Below are positions 7,400 to 14,486 of a DNA stretch of 32,000 nucleotides, one piece after another (positions within the stretch are counted from its first letter, which is position 1; the number at the start of each line of letters is the position of its first letter). Source of the stretch: an uncultured archaeon (GTDB lineage: Archaea > Iainarchaeota > Iainarchaeia > Iainarchaeales > DATDZZ01); contig CAYJVY010000001.1 in the NCBI GenBank assembly GCA_964373795.1, positions 131,537-163,536 on the forward strand, in the 5' to 3' direction. The position numbers and the translations under genes were made by a program. The notes below the pieces were generated by a model, which worked only from the letters and a program-made list of their open reading frames with translations, was not told where the DNA came from and did not search any database.

Positions 7400-8660
7400 A
7401 TAATATTATTCTTAATTTAGTATGTCAATTACCCACCATTGAAATGGTTGGCTTGTCGTTAAGCTCTGCTTCAATTCTGTTTCCAGTTTCAGCTTCATCA
7501 CTTACAACATTTGGCTTATTGACTAAAGCCTGCACAAAAAGAGATTTACCCCCTCTGACAATATTTCGAGAAGCATTCAAATCAGAATGCAACTCAAAAA
7601 CACATTCTTTACATTTGAACACACTTTCATGCCTATTATTTTTATCAACATATCCGCATTTAGAACATTCCTGACTTGTATACTTAGGATTAACCAAAAC
7701 AACTGATTTACCCAATCTCTCAACTTTATATTCAATGAAACTTCTAAGTTGAGCAAAACTCCAATTACCAATCATTTTTCTAGTTTTTCTACCAGTTCTG
7801 GAATTCCTAACATTTTTCAAGTCTTCTAAAGCAAATACATTGAAAGGCAATTCAACAATTTGCTTGCTAATTAAATGATTTACATTTCGCACAAAACGGT
7901 TCTCTTTTCCACTAACTTTTTGTAGTTTTCTTTTAGCGGATTTAGTGCCTTTGCTTTGCAAATCACTTTTCAACTTCTGATATTTACCTTTAATATTTCT
8001 CAAACTTCGAGAATTAAAAAAAGAATTATTTGACAAAGTAACAATATTTTTTATACCACTATCAATGTCAAGAGTTTCAAAACCTTCAACTTTAGGAATT
8101 TTATCATTCAACATTTGTAAATGCAAAAAATAGTTTTGTCTTTTCTTTACAAGTTGGGCATTTGAGTATTTCCACTCAGAATATTTTTTGAAATAATTAG
8201 CCATTATGAAAGGAATTTTTTGTCTACCAAACAAAGTGCTTATAGAAATTATACCTTTGTCAAACATTATTGAAAGGTTTCTTTTGTCAAATCTTATTCC
8301 AGAAAACTCTTTTTTAATAGGTTTTTGTTTTAATTTCAATTTTTTGAGCATATCACTTGCTTGATCACGGGAAGTTTGAAGTAAAGAAGATTGTATGCGT
8401 GGATATTTTTTTCTAAGTAAATTGTAAGTTCTTTTATGTAGTTTGTTTTTGTTAAAAGTATGGTTTTCATATCCAAAATTAATTATTTCTTGACAAGTTT
8501 TGTTAAATGTGGACATAGTTGATTCTAATTCCTTCACAACACCAAGTTTTATTATTACAGTCCTAATATCTTTATTAATCATACAATATTATTATTACTT
8601 CTTACTTATAAAAGTTTAGACTTATTTCAAAGATCCTTAAATAAGCCACATTAACTGCCT
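7400..8660 (-). mobile_element. Putative solo-TnpB (IS1341-like) element; ends approximate
   Basis: The tnpB gene is bracketed by imperfect hairpins. One lies at about 7433-7451, across the stop codon (candidate RE / omega-RNA 3' stem). The other lies at 8621-8645 (CTTATTT...AAATAAG, candidate LE hairpin). A TATA-like TTTATAAG sits about 30 nt upstream of the ATG. Confidence 0.4.
7425..8582 (-). CDS. tnpB: TnpB-like RNA-guided endonuclease (IS200/IS605-family OrfB)
   Basis: The motifs are RuvC-I LDIDSGIKN, RuvC-II ALEDLK, zinc ribbon CSKCG...CKEC and RuvC-III HSDLNASRNI. The 385-aa length is typical. No tnpA is adjacent. Confidence 0.85.
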   Translation of the reverse strand: MINKDIRTVIIKLGVVKELESTMSTFNKTCQEIINFGYENHTFNKNKLHKRTYNLLRKKYPRIQSSLLQTSRDQASDMLKKLKLKQKPIKKEFSGIRFDKRNLSIMFDKGIISISTLFGRQKIPFIMANYFKKYSEWKYSNAQLVKKRQNYFLHLQMLNDKIPKVEGFETLDIDSGIKNIVTLSNNSFFNSRSLRNIKGKYQKLKSDLQSKGTKSAKRKLQKVSGKENRFVRNVNHLISKQIVELPFNVFALEDLKNVRNSRTGRKTRKMIGNWSFAQLRSFIEYKVERLGKSVVLVNPKYTSQECSKCGYVDKNNRHESVFKCKECVFELHSDLNASRNIVRGGKSLFVQALVNKPNVVSDEAETGNRIEAELNDKPTISMVGN

Positions 8661-8680
8661 TTTTTTGCACAATCACTAAC

Positions 8681-8923
8681 TTGAAGGAAAGCAATTTTTG
8701 CAGCAAATGCGGAAAACCACTCAACACAGAAACCTTGAAAGTATTGGAGCAAAAAGCCCAAACAAGCAACTTGCTGCAAGAAATAATTCGTTCAGAACTA
8801 GAAAAGAAAGGAATTGATTTAGCGGAAATAACTAGAGTTTTGGCGGCAAAAGCTGAATTTTCATCCAAAACGTTTAAATTTAGGTGTTACACTCATATTA
8901 ATAATTCTTTAATATTGGTGTAG
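8681..8923 (+). CDS. Small zinc-ribbon-like ORF, possibly a gene remnant, directly upstream of abiEi
   Basis: It has a TTG start and an N-terminal FCSKCGKPL half zinc ribbon. It ends 3 nt before the AbiEi ATG. The C-terminal residues run through AT-rich promoter-like sequence. Confidence 0.25.
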   Translation: MKESNFCSKCGKPLNTETLKVLEQKAQTSNLLQEIIRSELEKKGIDLAEITRVLAAKAEFSSKTFKFRCYTHINNSLILV

Positions 8924-8926
8924 CAT

Positions 8927-9427
8927 ATGGAAGGGCTTTCCAGCAAGGAAATCAAGGTTATTTCTTTTCTTGAACTCAATGAGAAGTCTTTCTTTACAAG
9001 AAAAGACATCAAACAGTTTTTCAAGAACTATTCCGAGCTTTCAGTTTATCTTCACAGGCTTAAAAGCAAAGGCAGGATAATCAAGATAACCAAAACCAAA
9101 TATTACCTAGTTCCGATAAAAGCATACGAGGGCAAATGGTCTGAAAATCCATTCATTGTAATTGACGAAATATTCAACGGCAAAAACTATTTCATTGGAG
9201 GTTATGCCGCAGCACACTATTTGGGCCTCATTGACCAAATCCCAAGAAAAATTGAAGTCTATTGCACCAACAAGCAGGGAAAAACCAAACTTTTTGACAC
9301 AGAAATTGTATTTAAGAGAATCAGACCAAAAAACCTCGTTGGCTTTGTCGAACAAAAATCCAAAAACCACTCTTTCAAAATAGCTTCTAAAGAAAAGGTA
9401 TTGCAATGGATGAAATCAAACCCATAA
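8927..9427 (+). CDS. AbiEi-family antitoxin / transcriptional regulator (type IV TA)
   Basis: An N-terminal winged-helix-like segment (FFTRKDIKQFF...LHRLKSKGRIIKITKTKYYLVP) is followed by GGYAAAHYLGLIDQIP. It overlaps the downstream AbiEii gene by 22 nt. Confidence 0.6.
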   Translation: MEGLSSKEIKVISFLELNEKSFFTRKDIKQFFKNYSELSVYLHRLKSKGRIIKITKTKYYLVPIKAYEGKWSENPFIVIDEIFNGKNYFIGGYAAAHYLGLIDQIPRKIEVYCTNKQGKTKLFDTEIVFKRIRPKNLVGFVEQKSKNHSFKIASKEKVLQWMKSNP

Positions 9428-10188
9428 CAGAAAACCGCCTTCGATTCTTGGCAGCTGACAAAAAATTCAGTCTCTACTACTTGGAAAAAGACTATTACCT
9501 GACAGCACTGCTGTATTTCCTCAAAGATGTTCCTGACATTTGCTTTAAAGGCGGAACCGCACTAAACAAAATATTCCTCAACCACACCAGGCTGAGCGAA
9601 GACCTGGATTTTACCTGTGTCGGCCCACTGGAAAAAACAAAAAAAGCAATTCTCGAAATAGCTGAAAGCCACAAGGAATTCTTTATAAGAACACAATTTG
9701 ACAAGCAAACACCAAACTTTTTCAGGCTAAAAATCACCTACAAAACAATAACAGACTTAAGACCAGAAATCGTTGTTGATGTAAACAAGCAGGCATCTGT
9801 TTACTTGAAACCACAAAAATATAAGATCCCACACTTTTACGATGAAATCCCAGAGTTTGAGGTTTCTGCACTCGACAAGAAGGAATTGATTGCAGAAAAA
9901 GTCAGAACTCTTTTTCAAAGAAAAAAGGCAAGAGACTACTTCGACCTCTACTCCATAATCCAAGAAAAAATTCCAATAGATTTGGCTCTTGTAAAAAAGA
10001 AGCTAAAAGACATCAAAAAATTTGAAGTTAGCCAAATTTTCAAAAACGCCAACAAAGTTTATCGCTCTTGGGAACTGGAAATCAGTGCACTAACCAACAA
10101 ACCAATCGAATACAAAACCGCAATAACCACTATTTCCAAACACTTCAAATACAAGCAAACAAAACAAAGCAAGGCTGCCAAGAAGTGA
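9406..10188 (+). CDS. AbiEii/AbiGii-family nucleotidyltransferase toxin (DUF1814)
   Basis: It carries the signature FKGGTALNKIFLNHTRLSEDLDF (GGTAL...R.SEDLDF). The 260-aa length and operon overlap with AbiEi fit the family. Confidence 0.75.
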   Translation: MDEIKPITENRLRFLAADKKFSLYYLEKDYYLTALLYFLKDVPDICFKGGTALNKIFLNHTRLSEDLDFTCVGPLEKTKKAILEIAESHKEFFIRTQFDKQTPNFFRLKITYKTITDLRPEIVVDVNKQASVYLKPQKYKIPHFYDEIPEFEVSALDKKELIAEKVRTLFQRKKARDYFDLYSIIQEKIPIDLALVKKKLKDIKKFEVSQIFKNANKVYRSWELEISALTNKPIEYKTAITTISKHFKYKQTKQSKAAKK

Positions 10189-10350
10189 ATTGCATGGAAA
10201 CATTTAAGGGAAAAGTCCGCAGAATCCTAGCCAACGGTGGAACCGGAATTTCCATTTTGGTTTTGTTTGACGGAAACAATAATACTTATTTTTGTGCCAG
10301 CATTTTAGGCAGGCTAGACTAACTTTTTCTGGGTTTGTCATTTGATCACT

Positions 10351-10620
10351 TTACAGTTCTTTTATTTGGTTGAGTGTTGTTTCTATGTTTTCGTTTGAAA
10401 CTAGGAAGAACGCTGTTTTTCCATTTCCAAGTTTTGCCCAGTCGTCTGCAATCTCAACTTTGTATTGGGTGTCTTTTGTGCTGGTTCGGTCGTCCCCTTT
10501 CCATTCAAGAACATAATTGTGCCTTTTTTTGTAACTGCAATAAAGTCAGGATAAAATTTGCCTCTCTTCCAGCCTGGATGTAGAAGTCTTGCTTTTCCTT
10601 GTTACGAACCCAGCATTTGG
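10351..10620 (-). pseudogene. Frameshifted C-terminal remnant of a PD-(D/E)xK nuclease domain, as found at the end of type III restriction Res / helicase-like proteins
   Basis: My own minus-strand translation gives three frames. They read CWVRNKEKQDFYI..., then ...HPGWKRGKFYPDFIAVTKKG, then ...NYVLEWKGDDRTSTKDTQYKVEIADDWAKLGNGKTAFFLVSNENIETTLNQIKEL*. One shift falls in the homopolymer run at 10524-10530. No N-terminal helicase part is present. Confidence 0.55.
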
Positions 10621-10753
10621 CTTACTTGCATTAAATTCTTTTTTTCTCTGATAAAACGAAAATTAAAATTAAAGAGCATTAATTAAAAAATATGGCTTTT
10701 TAAATTGTTTTATGAGATAAATATTCTACTAATATAGTTGCCGGGGTGATTAA

Positions 10754-10900
10754 TTGCCTTTAGTTGAAGCAAGTTCCAAGTCATCAAGAGTTGAACGAAG
10801 ATGCATGAGTTGTGGCAGGGCTTTAAATCCAGATGCAAGAGACCTTTATTCAAGAAGATTTTGCTCTAATGGATGTAAAGAAAACTATTTAAGAAAATAA
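10754..10900 (+). CDS. Small zinc-ribbon protein (DUF2116-like), missed by the ORF track
   Basis: The 48 codons read (M)PLVEASSKSSRVERRCMSCGRALNPDARDLYSRRFCSNGCKENYLRK*. It has a CxxC...CxxxC pattern. A TTG start lies 3 nt after GGGGTGAT. Confidence 0.55.
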   Translation: MPLVEASSKSSRVERRCMSCGRALNPDARDLYSRRFCSNGCKENYLRK

Positions 10901-10921
10901 AACTTTTTTAATAGTGTTCAA

Positions 10922-11707
10922 ATGGATTTTATTACTCAAAAAGTAAATCAATTGTATGAAAAATATCCTTATCCTTCTCTTTCTTTTTTTAATCCAAGCC
11001 TAGACATATCTATTCATGCAAACAAGATTGCAAAGCCTTTGAATAAAACCATTTATGATCTTTCTCCTAGGAACTCTGTTTTAGATGTTGGATGTGGAAC
11101 AGGAGAAATCACTTGTTCTCTGGCTTTTGGTGGTGCGAAAACAGTTGGAGTTGATTTGTCAAAAAATTCGTTGAAGAGAGCAAGGCTTTTAGCAAAAAAA
11201 CTCAAACTTTCAACCATTAAATTTTTGCATAAAAATTTATTTGATTTAAATTTAAATCAAGAATTTGATTTTGTTTTTTCTTTAGGAGTATTACATCATA
11301 CTTCTAATCCAAAAAAGGGTTTTGAAAAACTTGTCCAACACACTAAATCAAATGGATTTATTACTATTGGATTGTATAATGTTTTTGGAAGATTTAAGCA
11401 CAGGCTTAGAAGAAAACTTATTTCTGTTCTTGCAGGAAAAGACATTGAGAAAAGAATTGCTTTAAGCAAGAAATTGTTTCATAAAGGATTTGCTTCAGAG
11501 CAAGATGAAATTTATTTAGCTGATAAATTTGCTCATCCAAATGAAAGGTATTCTTCTTTGGAAGAAGTTTTTTCCTGGTTTAAAGAATTTAACATTAAAT
11601 TTGTTGACTGTAATCCAAAAATTTCTTCAAATCCTTTTTTAACTCAAATCAATTGGCTTTTAAATGAAAAAACGTTTTTCATTGTTTCAGGGCAAAAACT
11701 TGAATAA
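10922..11707 (+). CDS. Class I SAM-dependent methyltransferase
   Basis: It has motif I VLDVGCGTGE and post-I GVDLS, and GVLHH marks a Methyltransf_11/25-type fold. Confidence 0.8.
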   Translation: MDFITQKVNQLYEKYPYPSLSFFNPSLDISIHANKIAKPLNKTIYDLSPRNSVLDVGCGTGEITCSLAFGGAKTVGVDLSKNSLKRARLLAKKLKLSTIKFLHKNLFDLNLNQEFDFVFSLGVLHHTSNPKKGFEKLVQHTKSNGFITIGLYNVFGRFKHRLRRKLISVLAGKDIEKRIALSKKLFHKGFASEQDEIYLADKFAHPNERYSSLEEVFSWFKEFNIKFVDCNPKISSNPFLTQINWLLNEKTFFIVSGQKLE

Positions 11708-11739
11708 GCTTTAATAATTTTTTCAATTAAACTATTTCA

Positions 11740-12237
11740 GTGATTGAATTGAGTGAAGTTAAAAAAATAATTGAAGCAGCATTATTTATGAGTTCAAAAC
11801 CAATTCCTTTCATGGAATTACTTAAGTTATCGGAAAGCGCTTTAGAGTTAAGAAAATCAATTACTGAGTTAACCAATTTTTATAATTCATCTGATTCTGC
11901 TTTAGAAATAACTGAAACTCCTGCAGGATTTCAAATGAGGGTTAGATTAAATTATGCTGATAAAGTAAACCATTTAGCTGCTGCTTCAAGTGAATTTTCT
12001 TCATCTGTAATGAAAACCCTTGCATTAATTGCTTACAAGCAACCATTAATTCAAGCAGAATTAATTAAGTATCGTTCAAACAAAGCATACGAAGACGTAA
12101 AAGTTTTAGAGTCATTAGGATTTATTTCTCGTGAACCAAACCAGAAAACATTTATTTTGCGTACAACAAAAAAATTCGTTGAATACTTCGGCCCAAACCC
12201 AGTGAAACTAGTAAAACACGAAGCATTAAAAGAATAA
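11740..12237 (+). CDS. scpB: Segregation and condensation protein B
   Basis: It has the ScpB-type N-terminus IIEAALFMSSKPIP and a second winged-helix segment (LIAYKQPLIQAELIKYR). It uses a GTG start. Confidence 0.7.
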   Translation: MIELSEVKKIIEAALFMSSKPIPFMELLKLSESALELRKSITELTNFYNSSDSALEITETPAGFQMRVRLNYADKVNHLAAASSEFSSSVMKTLALIAYKQPLIQAELIKYRSNKAYEDVKVLESLGFISREPNQKTFILRTTKKFVEYFGPNPVKLVKHEALKE

Positions 12238-12245
12238 TTTCTAAA

Positions 12246-12989
12246 TCACTTCTTTTTAACATATATTTGATAAGGAAAGTAAACTCTTCCTTCAATTTCC
12301 AAAGTAATTGTTTTAACACTGTTTTCAGTTTTATTAAAAATGGCGTCATATATTTCATATTGGTTATCGTTTATCTCAAAATAAATTTTTGAACCCTTAT
12401 TCAGAGGAGGTGAAGTAAACCATCCTCCTCTCTCAGTTTTTCCTTCTTTTAATAACTCTCCATTTGATGAAAAAAGTTTTACATTGATTCCTTCCACTTC
12501 ATTAAAAATATTTTCATCAAGAACAGAAATTTTAACAGTGTTTTCTTTTTTTTCAAAATCATATAAAGGATTTAATGAAACTGCAAAGCTGCTTACTTTT
12601 GATAGAACTCCACCTTCAATATATTCGTGACTGCTTACAAATCCTTCCTTCATTGCAAGTACGTATAAAGATTCATTTTTATCAGTGTTTTCTTTAATAG
12701 CTTTAGTTGAATAAAACGTTCCATCAAAACCTGTTCGACCTTCGTCTACTATGAAAAATATTGAACCAGTTTCTTCATTAATTGTATTTCTTTTAATCAC
12801 AACTACTATTGAGTCTGATACTGGTTGTTGGGTTTCATCATTCAAGACAATGATTTTTCCATTACCTGAATTGTTTATTAAATTTACTCCAATGCATCCA
12901 CTTAAAGTAATAATTAATAAAACCAAAAGCACAAAACTTGTCAAACTTTTTTTTGATTCCATAAATTCTACAAAAACCTTATTTAACAA
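12246..12989 (-). CDS. Hypothetical membrane-anchored / lipoprotein-like protein
   Basis: An N-terminal TM helix ends in the lipobox-like LSGC. The rest is beta-rich, and I recognise no family. Confidence 0.5.
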   Translation of the reverse strand: MLNKVFVEFMESKKSLTSFVLLVLLIITLSGCIGVNLINNSGNGKIIVLNDETQQPVSDSIVVVIKRNTINEETGSIFFIVDEGRTGFDGTFYSTKAIKENTDKNESLYVLAMKEGFVSSHEYIEGGVLSKVSSFAVSLNPLYDFEKKENTVKISVLDENIFNEVEGINVKLFSSNGELLKEGKTERGGWFTSPPLNKGSKIYFEINDNQYEIYDAIFNKTENSVKTITLEIEGRVYFPYQIYVKKK

Positions 12990-13051
12990 ATGATTTATAT
13001 ACTTGTTTGATACATAATACTAATACGTATTTTTATTTAGGGGTGATTTTT

Positions 13052-13405
13052 TTGGGATTTCTTAAAAACGTGTTATCTCCAAGACAAGAGGAAATCAACA
13101 TTGAAGAGTTTTTAAACAACTTGGATGTTGAAGAAGAAACTTTAGAAGATGCAGATGCATATGTTAAGCCAATGGTTTTAGCAGAGGAAGCAGATGTGCA
13201 AACAGTTTTAAACGAAGCAAAGCAAGGAAATATTGTTTTGTTAAACATTGCTGATTTAACTAAAAGAAATGCATTAAAGCTTAGAGACTTAGTTGGAAGA
13301 ATCAGAGACGAAGTTGAATCAATTAATGGAGATATTGCAAGGATTTCAGATGATAGGGTTTTGGTTACTCCGTCTAGGGTTAAAATTGTTAAAAGAAGGA
13401 ATTAA
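13052..13405 (+). CDS. sepF: SepF-like cell-division protein (DUF552)
   Basis: The C-terminal core reads YVKPMVLAEEADVQTVLNEAKQGNIVLLNIADL...INGDIARISDDRVLVTP. The N-terminal GFLKNVLSP looks like a membrane-targeting helix. I placed the start at TTG 13052, downstream of GGGGTGAT. The track ORF starts at 13007. Confidence 0.7.
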   Translation: MGFLKNVLSPRQEEINIEEFLNNLDVEEETLEDADAYVKPMVLAEEADVQTVLNEAKQGNIVLLNIADLTKRNALKLRDLVGRIRDEVESINGDIARISDDRVLVTPSRVKIVKRRN

Positions 13406-13428
13406 AGTTTAATTACAAGGTTAATTAA

Positions 13429-14214
13429 ATGATTTTAAACAAACCTTCTTTTTCCATTTCTTTTTCTTTTGAAGATTGTGTTTCTACTATTGAAAGCATT
13501 ATTAAGTCTCATGGTTGGACTAATTTTGAAGTAGGAGACGTAAAACTTGTTTACACTCCTTACTGGATTTTTTCTTACGATGCTTTTCTTGAATCAACTG
13601 AAAAAGGGAAAGAAAAATTTATTTCAGACACCTCTTCTAGTAAAATGGCTTTAAATTCTCATACAGGAGAATTAAATCAAGACATTCCTTCATTGCTTGA
13701 ATTTAATCCAGTTCACAATGTAAGAAAACCAGACGAAAAATATGAATTCGAAGTAGTCACTCCACTCATTTCAAAAAATGAAGTGCAAAAAATTGCTCCA
13801 ATTAAATTAGCTTCTCAATTGCAAGTTCCAAAAGACAATATTGTTATTTCTGCCTTGCAAGAATTATTTGTTCCTGTTTGGATTTTGCAAATAAAAGTAG
13901 CAGAAGGAGTTTATAGATTTGAAGTTAACGCTGTAAGCGGAGACATTATTAATGAACAAGAAATTCCTGAAAGAGAAAAATCTTGGATTGAAGTAACAAA
14001 TGAAACTCTTTCAGAGTTACAATCTCCTGGAGCATGGATTAAATATTCTTCCGAGATTTTTGGAGAAACATTTAAATCAGTACCAAAGCCTTCTTTAAGT
14101 TCAAATCAAAATCTTTTAAGTCTTTTTTCCTCCCAAAAAAGAATACTAATAATTTTATTAGTGATTTTGTTAATTTTAATTCTTTTATGGAATTATGGAT
14201 ACATTAAAATATAA
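13429..14214 (+). CDS. Hypothetical protein with a C-terminal TM anchor
   Basis: This 261-aa ORF lies 23 nt downstream of sepF. It has a C-terminal hydrophobic helix (ILIILLVILLILILLW). I recognise no family. Confidence 0.5.
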   Translation: MILNKPSFSISFSFEDCVSTIESIIKSHGWTNFEVGDVKLVYTPYWIFSYDAFLESTEKGKEKFISDTSSSKMALNSHTGELNQDIPSLLEFNPVHNVRKPDEKYEFEVVTPLISKNEVQKIAPIKLASQLQVPKDNIVISALQELFVPVWILQIKVAEGVYRFEVNAVSGDIINEQEIPEREKSWIEVTNETLSELQSPGAWIKYSSEIFGETFKSVPKPSLSSNQNLLSLFSSQKRILIILLVILLILILLWNYGYIKI

Positions 14215-14234
14215 CTTGCCTTCCTATTTTTTTT

Positions 14235-14486
14235 ATGAAACCATTTCCAAGAAAACAAAGGAAAAGAACTTTTCCACCTAAAATGAAGGTAGATAGAAAG
14301 CTTTCGAAAAAACAAATCGCTTATTATCAAAAACTTGGTTTTAAAGTTTTAAGACATCCAATTTCCGCAAATTTAATTTTATTTAATCCTAAAACAGGAA
14401 AAGAAATTTGGGTTTTAGAAGAACATAGTGGATTTAGTAGAGCAATGCTTAGAAGAATTTTTCTTCCAGAAGATGAACTTGATTAA
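14235..14486 (+). CDS. Hypothetical small basic protein
   Basis: This 83-aa ORF has a Lys/Arg-rich N-terminus. Its 3' end overlaps the convergent DP2 gene by 4 nt. Confidence 0.4.
   Translation: MKPFPRKQRKRTFPPKMKVDRKLSKKQIAYYQKLGFKVLRHPISANLILFNPKTGKEIWVLEEHSGFSRAMLRRIFLPEDELD

Noticed and set aside
8583-8926. A tnpA (Y1 transposase) gene accompanying tnpB.
   Set aside because: Neither strand has an ORF with HUH or Y1 motifs. Only the weak zinc-ribbon ORF and an antisense artefact (8602-8868) are present, so the element is treated as solo TnpB.
10068-10583. Track ORFs 10068-10322 and 10374-10583 on the plus strand.
   Set aside because: The first mostly overlaps the AbiEii 3' end in another frame. 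The second is antisense to the nuclease-domain remnant, whose minus-strand translation has clear family-like motifs (FYPDF, EWKG).
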